This document shows positions 49,145 through 59,948 of a stretch of 64,000 nt of DNA, piece by piece. The first letter of the stretch is position 1. Every line of letters begins with the position of its first letter. Source of the DNA: an uncultured Gaiellaceae bacterium (GTDB lineage: Bacteria > Actinomycetota > Thermoleophilia > Gaiellales > Gaiellaceae); NCBI GenBank assembly GCA_963808915.1, contig CAWEHJ010000002.1, forward strand, positions 174,815 through 238,814, read 5' to 3'. The notes below the pieces were generated by a model. That model ran no database searches. It was not told the origin of the DNA and was given only the letters and a program-made list of their open reading frames with translations. The position numbers were made by a program, and so were the translations under genes.

Positions 49145-49728
49145 CTAGCGGTACTGGTCGATCAGGAGCCGGCCCATCGCCTTCGCACGCGTGGCGGCCT
49201 CGCGGTCGCCTTCGCCGGCGGCGACGATCGAGCCCTTCATCAGGATGTGCCACGAGTGCGCGAACGCGTCCGGGTCGCGGAAGCCGCCCTCCTCGGCGAG
49301 CGTCCGCAGGATCGTCCGGATCGCGGCGAGGTGGTCGGCGCTCGCGCGGCCGAGCGTGCTCTCGCGGTCGTCATCTCGAGCAGGACGTTGACGAAGGAGC
49401 ACCCCTCGAAGTCGTCGCGGCGGAACCACTCGTCGAAGAGGTCGAAGATCGCGAGGAGCTGCTGCTCGGGCGTGTCGCCGCGCTTCCGCGCCTCCGCCTC
49501 GACCCACTCCTTCGTCCATAGCTGCTCCCGGCGCTCGAGGAAGGCGAGCACGAGCTCGTCCTTGGAGCCGAAGTGGCGGTAGAGCGTCGCCTTCGCGACG
49601 GCGGCGTTGTCGACCACCTCGTCGATCCCGACGGCGTTGACCCACGGCGGGAGAAGAGCTCGTAGGCGCTGTCCATGATGCGCTCGCGCGCGTCGGTCTC
49701 GATGGCGGAAGCTGGCGGCCTCGGTCAT
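49145..49728 (-). pseudogene. TetR-family transcriptional regulator; three frame changes (about 49705, 49642, 49372)
   Basis: MTEAASFR / IETDARERIMDSAYELFSRRG / VNAVGIDEVVDNAAVAKATLYRHFGSKDELV...VNVLLEM / DDRESTLG...LIDQYR are spread over ORFs 49240.., 49371..49676 and 49145..49762. Confidence 0.75.
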
Positions 49729-49739
49729 GTCCGCAGTGT

Positions 49740-49757
49740 AGACAGACTGGTCTGTCT
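49740..49757. promoter_or_regulatory. 8-2-8 perfect inverted repeat, AGACAGAC-TG-GTCTGTCT (candidate TetR operator)
   Basis: It lies in the 56-bp gap between the divergent TetR gene (start 49728) and the scramblase-like gene (start 49785). Confidence 0.5.
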
Positions 49758-49784
49758 CGCAAGTGGCGCGGCTACGGTGTCGCC

Positions 49785-50428
49785 GTGAGCAGCGCCGCCT
49801 ACGACCCCGCCACCGCGCTCGATCTGATCGAGTCCGTCGGACCGGTTCCTCGTCCAGCAGGTCCTGAAGCCGATCGCCAACGAGTACCGGATCAGCGTGC
49901 CCTCGCCCGGCTCGACCGACGAGGGCCGAGCCGCTGCTCTTCGTCAAGCAGAAGAAGATGAAGATCAAGGAGGACATCCGCTTCCGGCTCGACCCGGACG
50001 CGGACGCGCACCTCTTCATGATCAAGGCGAAGACGGTCTTCGAGTTCCGCGGCCGGCACGAGGTGCTCGACGAGCACGGCCAGGCCATCGGCCAGCTCGA
50101 GAAGGCGTTCGGCAAGTCGCTGCTCCGGAGCCACTGGAACGTCCGGGACGCGAACGGGGAGCTCCTCTTCGAGGCGTACGAGTCGAACCTCGTGATCGCG
50201 ATCGTGCGGCGCCTCGCGGACGTCGTGTCGGACTGGCTCTCCGCCCTGACATGGCTGCCCTTCAACTTCACGTTCGTGCGCGACGGCAACGAGGTCGGCA
50301 CGTACAAGCGGATCCTCGGCACGTTCCGGGACCGCTACGTGCTCGAGCTCGGGTCGGGGCTGGAGGACGCCGACCGGCGGCTCGTGCTGGCGTTCACGGT
50401 CGCGCTCGACGCGCTCCAGGACCGCTGA
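49785..50428 (+). pseudogene. Scramblase / LURP-one-related (tubby C-terminal-like) family protein; frameshifts at about 49839 and 49927
   Basis: GTG at 49785. The fragments ...DLIESV / DRFLVQQVLKPIANEYRISVP / EPLLFVKQKKMKIKEDIRF... continue into ORF 49958..50428. Confidence 0.55.
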
Positions 50429-50994
50429 GCGAGCCCGTCGTCCGCCCGGCGACGCCGGACCGCTGGGACGAGATCGCCTCGCTCTTCACGCGCCCGGGGC
50501 CGCGGGGCGGCTCGCCGCAGACGGCGGCCTGCTGGTGTCAGTTCTGGCTGCTCGGCGGGCCGGCTTACAAGCAGGGAGCCGGGAGTGGCAACCGGCGCCG
50601 GCTGCGCGAGGAGGTGCGCGGGAGTCGGCTGCATGCGCTGCTCGCGTTCGAGGACGACGACGTCGTCGGCTGGTGCCGGATCGGGCCGCGGACGTCGTTC
50701 GCCCGGCTCGAGGCGTCGCGGGCGATCCCGCGCGTCGACGACGTGCCCGTCTGGTCGGTCGTCTGCTTCTACGTCCACCCTGCGTCCAAGCGTCAGGGGG
50801 TCGCCTCTGCGTTGCTGGAAGCCGCCTGCGCGTACGCGGGGGCGCAGGGCGCGACCGTGCTCGAGGCCTATCCCGTCCGCGCAGGGCATCCGAACATCGA
50901 CGCCTACACCGGCTACCTGCCGATGTTCACGGCAGCCGGGTTCGAGCCGGTCGGCGACGGCGGCCGGCGGACGATCGTGCGCAGGACGCTCTAG
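50425..50994 (+). CDS. GNAT-family N-acetyltransferase
   Basis: Tail of ORF 49897..50994 with VVCFYVHPASKRQGVASALLEAA (acetyl-CoA motif A). The start is uncertain; a CTG at 50425 overlaps the upstream stop. Confidence 0.7.
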   Translation: MSEPVVRPATPDRWDEIASLFTRPGPRGGSPQTAACWCQFWLLGGPAYKQGAGSGNRRRLREEVRGSRLHALLAFEDDDVVGWCRIGPRTSFARLEASRAIPRVDDVPVWSVVCFYVHPASKRQGVASALLEAACAYAGAQGATVLEAYPVRAGHPNIDAYTGYLPMFTAAGFEPVGDGGRRTIVRRTL

Positions 50995-51722
50995 CGCCTC
51001 GTCGCCCGGACGGCGTAGGTCACGTAGGGCAGCACGAGCCCGTCGGGCCCGGCGAGCTCGTCGTAGAGCCGGTCGACCGGGTCGAGCACCGCCTGCTGCC
51101 GCTCGGGCGGCAGCGTCGCGCAGTAGCTCCGGGAGAGCACGAGATCGCGCAGGCGCGCACGGTCGAGCGGCTGCTCCCAGCGCCACTCTGCCTCCTCGGC
51201 CTGCTCGTAGAGGGCGCTCTCGGCGATCTCGTCCGCGTCGTCCCGCTCCTTGTCCCCACCCGAGTCGATCAACTCGCTCAGCCTCGCGACCCAGTCGACC
51301 GACTCGTCGCGCAGGTTCCAGACGATCCCGAGCCTGCCGCCCGGACGGAGGACGCGCGCGATCTCGGGCAGGGCGGCCGGAGGGTCGAACCAGTGGTAGG
51401 CCTGTGCGGCGACGACCGCGTCGGCCGAGGCGTCCGGGAGCGGCATCGCCTCCGCCCTTCCCTCGACCGCGCGCACCCCGGGCACCGCCTCGAGCAGCTG
51501 CGCCAGCATCTCCGGCAGCGGCTCGACGGCGGTGACGCGGTGGCCGAGCCTGACGAGCACGCGGGTGAGCTTTCCCGTCCCGGCGGCGAGGTCGACGACA
51601 TCGAGTGGCGGCTCGCCGGTGATCCAGCGCGCCGCCTCCTCCGGATACTCGGGCCGGCCACGCTCGTAGGCATCGGCCACCGCCGAGAAGGATGCCGCCC
51701 GCCGCGCGCGCTCGTCGCTCAC
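50991..51722 (-). CDS. Class I SAM-dependent methyltransferase
   Basis: 243 aa with VVDLAAGTGKLT (motif I) and LRPGGRLGIVWN. Confidence 0.85.
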   Translation of the reverse strand: MSDERARRAASFSAVADAYERGRPEYPEEAARWITGEPPLDVVDLAAGTGKLTRVLVRLGHRVTAVEPLPEMLAQLLEAVPGVRAVEGRAEAMPLPDASADAVVAAQAYHWFDPPAALPEIARVLRPGGRLGIVWNLRDESVDWVARLSELIDSGGDKERDDADEIAESALYEQAEEAEWRWEQPLDRARLRDLVLSRSYCATLPPERQQAVLDPVDRLYDELAGPDGLVLPYVTYAVRATRR

Positions 51723-51762
51723 GGCCGCTGACGATAGTCAGGGCAAAGTAGGCTCCGCGCCG

Positions 51763-52182
51763 ATGGAGAGCGCAGGCGTCGCCGAGCGGCTGGGACAGCT
51801 CGCGCTCTTCGCCGACCTGCGCTGGGCGGAGCTCGAGGCGGTCGCGCACACGTTCGACGAGGAGGTCTTCGCCGCCGGCCAGCGGGTGCTGCGCCAGGGG
51901 CTCACCGGCAGCGCGTTCTACGTCATGCTCGACGGCGAGGCGACGGTCACGATCGACGGCGTCGAGCGTCGCGCGGCTCGGCCGTGGCGACTTCTTCGGC
52001 GAGATCTCGGCGCTGACGGGCGAGCCGCCGAGCGCCGACGTCCGGGCCGAGACGCTGCTCCGCTGCCTCGACCGTTCCCGGGCCGCAGCTCGAGGCGCTT
52101 CCTGCTCGAACGGCCGGCGGTGATGCTGCGGCTGCTCCAGGCGGAGGCGCGCCGGCTGCGCGACTCCAACCGGTGGCAGTAG
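51763..52182 (+). pseudogene. Cyclic-nucleotide-binding-domain protein; internal out-of-frame segment (about 51968 to 52090)
   Basis: LFADLRWAELEAV...GSAFYVMLDGEA in frame. The expected RLGRGDFFGEISALTGEPPSADVRAE is readable only in another frame before the ORF frame resumes at FLLERPAVMLRLL. Confidence 0.6.
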
Positions 52183-53698
52183 CCGACGACGGGCGGCCGT
52201 TCCCGCCCGGCGACTACGACGTCGTCGTCGTCGGGAGCGGGCCCGGCGGCCTGCAGACGAGCTACTTCCTGCAGCCGGCTCGGCGTCGGGCACGCGGTCG
52301 TGTCCGCGGACGACGGGCCGGGCGGGATGTTCCGGCGCTTTCCGCTCTTCGAGCGCTTGATCAGCTGGACGCACCACGACGACCGACGCGCCGCGCGAGG
52401 AGCCGCGCGCTTCGAGGCTGCACGACCAGAACAGCCTCGCTCGCCGAGGAGCCCGAGCTTCGCGCCCTCGTGTCCGGCGCAGATGGCCGAGGGCCGGCGC
52501 CGCCCCGCCCGCGAGGAGATGGAGGCCGGCGTTGCGCGCGTTCGCCGAGCGTGCGCCGGTCGACGTGCGCTACGGGTGCCGCTGGGAGTCGACCGACGCG
52601 GGTCGACGACGGCGCTCGTCGTCGGCACCGAGCGACGGCGAGTACCGCTGCCGCGCCGCCGTCTTCGCCGTCGGGAGTGACCGAGCCGTGGGTGCCGCCG
52701 ATCCCCGGCCTCGAGGCTCGGCCAGCACTACGTCCACGCCGGCGACGATCCCGGACCGGTACCGCGACCGCCGCGTCGTGATCGTCGGGCAAGCGCAACT
52801 CGGCGTTCGAGGTCGGCGAGGGCCTCCTGCGCCTCGGGCTGCGCGAGCTGACCCTCGTCTCGCCGCGCTCGGCCGACGTCGGCCGGCTCGCCCGCTCGCC
52901 GCTTCGCCCCTGGTACCTGACGCCGTACGACGAGCACGTCCGCGGCGCGCCGGGGCGGTTCGTGCTCGACGCCTCGGTCGAGCGGGTCGACCGGCTCGGA
53001 CGGCGGCTACCGCGTGCACGCCGTCGATCCGGCCCGCGGGCGAGCACGCTCGCTGCTCGACGCCGACGTCGTGATCGCGGCGACCGGCTTCCGCGCGCCG
53101 CTCGCCGACCTCCGCGACCTCGGCCTCGCGACCGTCGCCGACGGCCGGCTGCCCGCGCTGACGCCGTACTTCGAGAGCGTGACCGTGCCGGGCGCGTACT
53201 TCGCCGGGAACGTCACCCAGGCGGCTCCCGGCCTGCGCAAGCACGGCGTCGCGTCGCTCTCCAGCATGGTCTGCGGCTTCCGCTACAACGCGCGCATCCT
53301 GGCCCGGCACCTCGCCGAGACGAGGTTCGGCATCACGCTCGCGCGACCGTCCGTCGAGCCCGCACGCGTCGTGCCCGTACCTGCTCGAGGAGCTGAACAC
53401 GCGCCCCGGAGCTCGCGATGCAGAAGGGCTACCTGGCGCGGGTGCTCAGCGTCGACGCCGGGCGCAGGCGTGCTCGACGAAGGCATCCTGCCGCTCGAGG
53501 CGTTCGTCGACGGCGACGTGGACGGGATCGCCGCGACGCTCGAGTTCGACGCGGACGAGCAGATCGTGCCGGCGCTCTACGTCCGGACCGGCGGCACGCT
53601 GACGCGAGCACGTCCTGCCGTCGCACCCGCTGCGCCGCTACGACGGGCCCGACTACCGCCACGCCGTCGAGCGCGCGGTCCGGCCGCTGGGGCTCTAG
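52173..53698 (+). pseudogene. FAD/NAD(P)-binding oxidoreductase (flavin-monooxygenase/YpdA-like) with at least 6-8 frame changes
   Basis: DVVVVGSGPGGLQTSYFLQ, GGMFRRFPLFERLISW, RRVVIVG..NSAFEVGEGL, VVIAATGFRAPL, PGAYFAGN and a C-terminal region are scattered over ORFs 52173.., 52300.., 52532.., 53014.. and 53418... Confidence 0.55.
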
Positions 53699-54393
53699 AG
53701 GGTGATTTCCGCAGCGATCCCGCGCATGCCGACGAGCTGCGGCACGACGTCGAGCACGCTCTCCCGCGCGCAGTAGGCGATGTCCGCCTCGAGCTCGGGC
53801 CCGTGGTTGATCAGATTCCGGCCGCTGCGCGAGGCGCGGAACGCCTCCTCGGCGCTGTCGTAGGAGCGGGCGAGGCGGACGGCAGCCTCGGCGGCGTCCG
53901 AACGCTCCGCGTCGAGGAGCTCGACGATCCTGCCGGCGACATAGGCGTCGTCGAGGGCGAAGGCGCCCTTCACCCCGGCGCAGAAGATCGCCACGTCGTC
54001 AGCCGCTCCCTGCGCCGCCTCGACGACCGCAGCCAGGTTCAGGAGCGACGCGACCAGCACGCGCTCGCAGCGGGAGGCCGCCGTCACGATCGCCCGCGTC
54101 CCGTTCGTGGTCGACATGCCGAGCACCGGCGAGCGCGGCTCGAGGTACTCGCGCGGCGAGTTGCCGAGGTCGAAGCCGTCGATCCGCACGCCGAGCCGCT
54201 CGCCGCCGAGCGTGACCGAGCCGTCGCCGTTCGCGAGCGACAGCGCCTCCTCGACCTCGGCGGCGCACAGCACGCGCTCGTAGCCCGACGCGAGCGCCTG
54301 GCAGATCGTCGAAGTCGCCCGGATCACGTCGATCACGACGCCCGTGGGCGCCGCGGCCGACTCCTCCGGCGTGAAGGCGACATGGACGCGCAC
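53695..54393 (-). CDS. comB: 2-phosphosulfolactate phosphatase family protein
   Basis: 232 aa with VVIDVIRATSTI and TTNGTRAI motifs. Confidence 0.8.
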   Translation of the reverse strand: MRVHVAFTPEESAAAPTGVVIDVIRATSTICQALASGYERVLCAAEVEEALSLANGDGSVTLGGERLGVRIDGFDLGNSPREYLEPRSPVLGMSTTNGTRAIVTAASRCERVLVASLLNLAAVVEAAQGAADDVAIFCAGVKGAFALDDAYVAGRIVELLDAERSDAAEAAVRLARSYDSAEEAFRASRSGRNLINHGPELEADIAYCARESVLDVVPQLVGMRGIAAEITL

Positions 54394-54412
54394 CTCTGTA
54401 CGCTAGCCGCCC

Positions 54413-55299
54413 GTGGACGAGGTTCTGCACTGCTACCGGCACCCCGACCGGGAGACCCGCGTGTCCTGCTCCGAGTGCGGACGCGGCGTCTGCCCGGACT
54501 GCATGGTCTTCGCGCCGGTCGGGATCCGCTGCCTCGACCACGCGGGCCAGGGGCGGCAGGCGGCGAAGCCGGTCGTGCAACGGCGCGTCCGCGCAGCGCG
54601 CTCCGGCGTGTTGGCCCAGGAGGGCCTCGTCACCCGGATCCTGATCGGGCTCAACATCGCCGTCTTCCTCGCCAACCTCGCCCAGGGCGCCTCGCTCGGC
54701 CGGAACGGCGGCCGCCTGTTCGAGAACTGGCTCCTGATCGCCCAGGGGGTCGACTCGCACGGCGACGTCGTCGGCGTCGCGGAGGGTCAGTGGTACCGGA
54801 TGCTGACCGCGGCCTTCCTCCACGGCGGCATCGTCCACCTCGGCTTCAACATGTACTTCCTCTGGATCATCGGCACCGCGATGGAGTCGATGCTCGGGCG
54901 CTGGCGCTACCTCGCCCTCTACGTGGCGACCGCGCTGGCGGGCTCGGCGGGGCTCTCGTCTTCAGCCCGAACTCGCCCACGGTGGGCGCGTCGGGGGCGC
55001 TCTTCGGGATCCTCGGCGCCGCCGTCGTGTTCGAGCGCCAGGGACACCACGTACTCGGCGGGCAGGCGCTCGGGATCGCGCTGATCAACTTCATGATCAC
55101 GTTCCTGATCCCGAACATCTCGATCGGCGGCCACCTGGGCGGCTTCGTCGGCGGGATCCTCTGCGGGCTCGCGCTCTCGCAGTTCGGGCGCGGTCATGCC
55201 GCCTACGGCCGGCTCGGCGCCGCCGGCATCGCAGGGATCGGCGCGGTCGCCCTCGGTAGCTTCGCGGTCGCGTACTTCAAGGTCCGCGGCTACGCGTAG
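54413..55299 (+). pseudogene. Rhomboid-family intramembrane serine protease with an N-terminal zinc ribbon; one G missing in the run at 54949..54952
   Basis: CYRHPDRETRVSCSECGRGVCPDC, HLGFNMYFLW, then GASGALFG and HLGG in the frame of ORF 53014..55299. Confidence 0.85.
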
Positions 55300-55334
55300 C
55301 GGCGCCGGCCGACGCCGGTGCTGAGATTCGGTGC

Positions 55335-55856
55335 GTGCTGCATCACCTCACCCACGTCGAGATCTCGTACTGGGAGAAGGCCGTGCGCACCGTCGCCGTC
55401 TACGGCGGGCTCGTGCTGCTGCTCCGCTTCGGCGGCAAGCGGATGCTCGCCCAGCTCAACGCCTTCGACCTCGTCGTGCTGCTGCTCCTCTCGAACGTCG
55501 TCCAGAACGCGATCATCGGGCCCGACAACTCGGTCGTCGGCGGGCTCGTCGGCGCAGTCGTCCTCCTCGGCGCCAACCTCGTGCTCGTCCGCCTCTCGTT
55601 CCAGTGGCCGTGGGTGCAGGGTCGGGAGCGCGTGCTCGTGGCGGACGGCAAGCCGGACGAGCGGGCGCTGCGGCGCGAGCTGATCACCGCCAACGAGCTC
55701 GATGTCGCGCTACGCCGCCAGGGCTACGACGGCGTGGATGGGGTCGACTCCGCGAGGCTCGTCCCCGAGGGAACGCTCGTCGGCGAGAAGCGCGACGATC
55801 CGGTGCTCTCCCTGATCGAGCGACGGCTCGCGGCGATCGAGGCGAAGCTCGGCTAG
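55335..55856 (+). CDS. DUF421 (YetF-like) membrane protein
   Basis: 173 aa with GKRMLAQLNAFDLVVLLLLSNVVQNAI. Confidence 0.8.
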   Translation: MLHHLTHVEISYWEKAVRTVAVYGGLVLLLRFGGKRMLAQLNAFDLVVLLLLSNVVQNAIIGPDNSVVGGLVGAVVLLGANLVLVRLSFQWPWVQGRERVLVADGKPDERALRRELITANELDVALRRQGYDGVDGVDSARLVPEGTLVGEKRDDPVLSLIERRLAAIEAKLG

Positions 55857-55885
55857 CCGACGGCGCGGGGCTGCGATCGGCCTGC

Positions 55886-58483
55886 TCAGCCGCCGACGGC
55901 GACCGCTTCGACGCCGCTCTCGCGGAGCGCGGCTTGCGCGGCGGCGAGCCGGGCGAGCGGCACGCGGAACGGCGAGCAGCTGACGTAGTCGAGCCCGAGG
56001 TCGTGGCAGAACGCGACCGAGCTCGGCTCGCCCCCGTGCTCGCCGCAGATGCCGAGCTTCAGCTCCGGCTTGACGCCCCTCCCCCGCTCGACCGCGATCC
56101 GCATCAGGTCGCCGACGCCGCTCGCGTCGAGCGTCTCGAACGGGTTCCGCTCCAGCACGTCGTGCTCCAGGTACCAGGTGAGGAACTTGCCCTCGGCGTC
56201 GTCGCGGGAGAAGCCGAGTGCGGTCTGCGTCAGGTCGTTCGTGCCGAAGGAGAAGAAGTCGGCCAGCTCCGCGATCTCGTCGGCGCGGATGCACGCGCGC
56301 GGCAGCTCGATCATCGTGCCGCAGAGGTAGGCGACGTCCGGCTCCTCGGCGGCGACCGTCTCCGTCAGGACGCGAAGCCGCCGCAGCTCCTCGGCGAAGC
56401 CGACGAGCGGGTGCATGATCTCGACCAGCGGCGCCTCGCCGGTGCGCTCGCCGACCGCCCTCGCCGCGCGGACGATCGCCCGCACCTGCATCTCGTAGAT
56501 CTCCGGGTACTGGAGGCCGAGGCGGCAACCCCGCGTGCCGAGCATCGGGTTCGACTCCTGGAGCTGCTTGATCCGCTGCCGGACCTCGGGGTCGGTCGTC
56601 TCCTCGAGCGAGGGCAGGAACTCGTGCAGCGGCGGATCGAGGAGCCGGATCGTGACCGGCAGCCCCGCCATCGCCTCGAAGATGCCCTCGAAGTCGGCCT
56701 GCTGCATCGGCAGGAGCCGGTCGAGCGCGGAGCGGCGCTCGTCCTCGTCGCGGGCGAGGATCATCCCGCGCACGATCGGCAGCCGGTCCTCGGCCATGAA
56801 CATGTGCTCGGTGCGGCAGAGGCCGATTCCCTCGGCGCCGAACTCACGGGCGCGGGTGGCGTCCTCGGGCGTGTCGGCATTGGCGCGGACGCGCAGGCGC
56901 CTGAGCGCGTCGGCCCAGCCGAGCACGGTCTCGAAGTCGTCGTTGATCTGCGGCGGCACGAGGTCGACGGCGCCAGCGATCACACGGCCGTCGCCGCCGT
57001 CGATCGTGATCGTGTCGCCCTCCGCGAGCGTCAGGTCGCCGAGCCGGATCGTGCGGGCGTCGAGGTCGATCGAAAGCGCCTCGCAGCCGGCGACGCACGG
57101 CTTCCCCTCCCCGCGCGCGACCACGGCAGCGTGCGACGTCATGCCGCCGTGTGCCGTGAGGATCCCCTGCGCGACGTGCATGCCGGCGTAGTCGTCCGGC
57201 GTCGTCTCCCAGCGCACGAGGATCACCGCCTCTCCGGCCTTGCCGCGCTCCTCGGCGACGGCGGCCTCGAGCACGATCGCACCGACGGCCGCGCCCGGGG
57301 AGGCGTTGAGCCCGCGGGCCGCGACCTCGACCTCTGCCTTCGGGTCGATCATCGGGTGCAGCAGCTGGTCGAGCTGGCCCGGGTCGATCCGCGCGACCGC
57401 CTCCTCGCGGGAGATCAGCCCCTCGTCGACCATCTCCGCCGCCACGCGGAGCGCTGCGGCCGCCGTCCGCTTGCCCGTTCGCGTCTGGAGGAGGTACAGC
57501 CGGCCCTCCTCGACGGTGAACTCGATGTCCTGCAGGTCGCGGTAGTGGCTCTCCAGCCTCGCGACGGTCTCCTTCAACTCCTCGAACGACTCGGGCAGCA
57601 GCTCGCCCATCCGCCCGATCGGCTCGGGCGTGCGGATGCCCGCGACGACGTCCTCGCCCTGCGCGTTCTGGAGGAACTCCCCGTAGAGCAGCGCCTCACC
57701 CGTCGACGGGTTCCGGGTGAAGAGCACGCCGGTGCCCGAGGTGTCGCCCTTGTTGCCGAAGACCATCTGCACGACGTTGACCGCCGTGCCGAGATCGTCC
57801 GGGATCTCGTACGTGCGCCGGTAGACCTGGGCACGCGGCGCGTCCCACGAGTCGAAGACGGCACGGTAGGCGCGGCGCAGCTGGTCGCGCGCGTCCTGGG
57901 GGAACGGGCTGCCCGCCTCCTGCTCGTAGATGCGCTTGAACGTGGCGATCAGCTCGGCGAGGTCGTCGCCGGAGAGGTCGACGTCGGCGCGGACGCCGCG
58001 GTCGCGCTTCAGGTCTGACAGCGGCTGCTCGAACCGATGCGCGTCGACGCCGTCGACCACCTCGCCGTACATCTGGATCAGCCGCCGGTAGGAGTCGCGT
58101 GCGAAGCGGGCGTTGCCCGTCGCCTGCGCGAGCCCCTCGCAGGCCTCGTCGTTGAGGCCGAGGTTGAGGATCGTCTCCATCATCCCGGGCATCGAGACGG
58201 CCGCACCCGAGCGAACGGAGACGAGCAGCGGGTCGGCCGGGTCGCCGAAGTGCTTGCCCGCCTGCGCCTCGAGGCGCGAGACGTGCTCGGTCACCTCGTC
58301 GTCGAGCCCGGCCGGAACCTGCTTGCCGTTCGCCATGTACGCGCGGCACGCGTCGGTGGTGATCGTGAACCCGGCGGGGACGGGGACGCCGAGGGAGGTC
58401 ATCTCCGCCAGGCCGATCCCCTTGCCGCCGAGCAGCTCGCGACCGCCGCCCGAGTCCTCGTCGAAGGCGTAGACGTAGCGCAC
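55886..58483 (-). CDS. ppdK: Pyruvate, phosphate dikinase
   Basis: Intact, about 865 aa. VYAFDE...GGKGIGLAEM, GGMTSHAAVVARG (phospho-His) and GICGEHGG. The GTG at 58483 is preferred over the ORF start at 58516. Confidence 0.95.
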   Translation of the reverse strand: MRYVYAFDEDSGGGRELLGGKGIGLAEMTSLGVPVPAGFTITTDACRAYMANGKQVPAGLDDEVTEHVSRLEAQAGKHFGDPADPLLVSVRSGAAVSMPGMMETILNLGLNDEACEGLAQATGNARFARDSYRRLIQMYGEVVDGVDAHRFEQPLSDLKRDRGVRADVDLSGDDLAELIATFKRIYEQEAGSPFPQDARDQLRRAYRAVFDSWDAPRAQVYRRTYEIPDDLGTAVNVVQMVFGNKGDTSGTGVLFTRNPSTGEALLYGEFLQNAQGEDVVAGIRTPEPIGRMGELLPESFEELKETVARLESHYRDLQDIEFTVEEGRLYLLQTRTGKRTAAAALRVAAEMVDEGLISREEAVARIDPGQLDQLLHPMIDPKAEVEVAARGLNASPGAAVGAIVLEAAVAEERGKAGEAVILVRWETTPDDYAGMHVAQGILTAHGGMTSHAAVVARGEGKPCVAGCEALSIDLDARTIRLGDLTLAEGDTITIDGGDGRVIAGAVDLVPPQINDDFETVLGWADALRRLRVRANADTPEDATRAREFGAEGIGLCRTEHMFMAEDRLPIVRGMILARDEDERRSALDRLLPMQQADFEGIFEAMAGLPVTIRLLDPPLHEFLPSLEETTDPEVRQRIKQLQESNPMLGTRGCRLGLQYPEIYEMQVRAIVRAARAVGERTGEAPLVEIMHPLVGFAEELRRLRVLTETVAAEEPDVAYLCGTMIELPRACIRADEIAELADFFSFGTNDLTQTALGFSRDDAEGKFLTWYLEHDVLERNPFETLDASGVGDLMRIAVERGRGVKPELKLGICGEHGGEPSSVAFCHDLGLDYVSCSPFRVPLARLAAAQAALRESGVEAVAVGG

Positions 58484-58526
58484 GCGGGCGATCTTTCCAC
58501 AACGCCGCGATGCCATACTCGGCGGC

Positions 58527-59191
58527 GTGCCGGGGAGGATCCTCGCGATGGGTGGGCTGGCACTGGGGTCGGAGCTCGACGACCTCGTGCTCGAGCTGGG
58601 CGGACCCGAAGGTCCTGTTCGTGCCGACGGCGTCGGGCGATCCGGGGCGGGTCGTCTCGTTCTACGAGTCCTTCGGGCACCGCGCCGAGGCCTCGCATGC
58701 GACCTTCTTCCCCTGGCCGCGCGAGGACCTGCGCGAGCATGCGCTCTCGCGCGACGTGATCTACGTGAGCGGCGGCAACACCGTCAACGCGCTCGCGATC
58801 TGGCGAACACACGGGTTCGACGACGTCCTGCGCGAGGCGTGGAGGGCCGGGGTGCTGCTCGCCGGCTGGAGCGCCGGGATGATCTGCTGGTTCGAGTCCG
58901 GCGCTGACCGACTCGTTCGGCCCGCAGCTCGAGCCCTTCCACGACGGGCTCGGCTTCCTGCCCGGGAGCGCCTGCCCGCACTTCGATTCCGAGCCTCGGC
59001 GGCGTCCCCTCTACACGGACTGCGTCCGCGACGGCACGCTTCCGCCGGGTTATGCGGCGGACGACGACGTCGGGCTCCTCTTCGAGGGGACCGAGCTCCG
59101 CGAGGTGATCAGCGCGAGCGCGACGGGGACCGGGACCGGGTATCGGGTCACGGCTGACGGTGCCGAGACGCTGCCGGCACGACGCCTGTGA
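58527..59191 (+). pseudogene. Peptidase S51 (dipeptidase E-like); frameshifts at about 58603 and 58903
   Basis: RILAMGG / KVLFVPTASGD...IYVSGGNTVNALAIW...GWSAGMICWFESG / TDSFGPQLEPFHDGLGFLPGSACPHFD lie in three frames. Confidence 0.75.
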
Positions 59192-59436
59192 GCACCGGCT
59201 GGGAAGACCGCGCGGCGGGATTCGTCGCGTGCGCACGCGCGCCCGGGCACGACGCCTACTGGGACTTCCGCGACTTCTTCTTCGACCTGCTGCCGCCCCC
59301 GGGACGGGTCGCGCTGGAGATCGGCTGCGGCGAGGGCGCGGGGCTCGTGATCGAGGCGCTCCGCGAACCTCGCGGCTTCGACGACCGCGACCGCCGCATG
59401 CCGCAGTTCCTGCTCTGGCGAGCGGTGAAGCGGTGA
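59188..59436 (+). pseudogene. SAM-methyltransferase remnant (internally deleted)
   Basis: The 82-aa ORF keeps motif I (VALEIGCGEG) and a methyltransferase-like C-terminal end but lacks the core. Its GTG overlaps the upstream stop (GTGA). Confidence 0.4.
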
Positions 59437-59948
59437 GAAGGGTCGCCGTGATCGCCACCGCGAGCGCCTGCGGCAAGACGACCGTCGGCCGGCGGCTCGC
59501 CGAGCGGCTCGGCGTCCAGTTCGTCGAGCTGGACGCGCTGCACCACGGGCCGAACTGGACCGAGGCGAGCCCGGACGAGCTTCGCGCCAAGGTCGAGCCG
59601 ATCCTGGCGACGGAGGGCTGGGTGATCGACGGCGGCTACCAGGGGAAGATCGGCACGATCGTGCAGGACGCAGCCGACACGATCGTCTGGCTCGACCTGC
59701 CGCGCCGGGTCTGGCTGCCGCGGCTGATCCGGCGGACGACCGTCCGGATCGTGCGGCGCGAGGAGCTCTGGAACGGGAACCGCGAGTCGTTCCGGACGGC
59801 GCTCCTGGGCCGGGACGGGCTGATCCTCTATTCGCTCCGGCAAGTGCGGCGGCGGCGCGACGAGTACCCGGCTCGCTTCGGCTCCCACAATCTCGTCCGG
59901 CTGCGCTCCCAGAAGGAGGTCGATCGATGGCTCGAGACGTCAAGCTGA
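59433..59948 (+). CDS. P-loop NTPase (adenylate-kinase-like / AAA-type small kinase)
   Basis: The GTG at 59433 overlaps the upstream stop. Walker A is IATASACGKTT. 171 aa. Confidence 0.7.
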   Translation: MRRVAVIATASACGKTTVGRRLAERLGVQFVELDALHHGPNWTEASPDELRAKVEPILATEGWVIDGGYQGKIGTIVQDAADTIVWLDLPRRVWLPRLIRRTTVRIVRREELWNGNRESFRTALLGRDGLILYSLRQVRRRRDEYPARFGSHNLVRLRSQKEVDRWLETSS

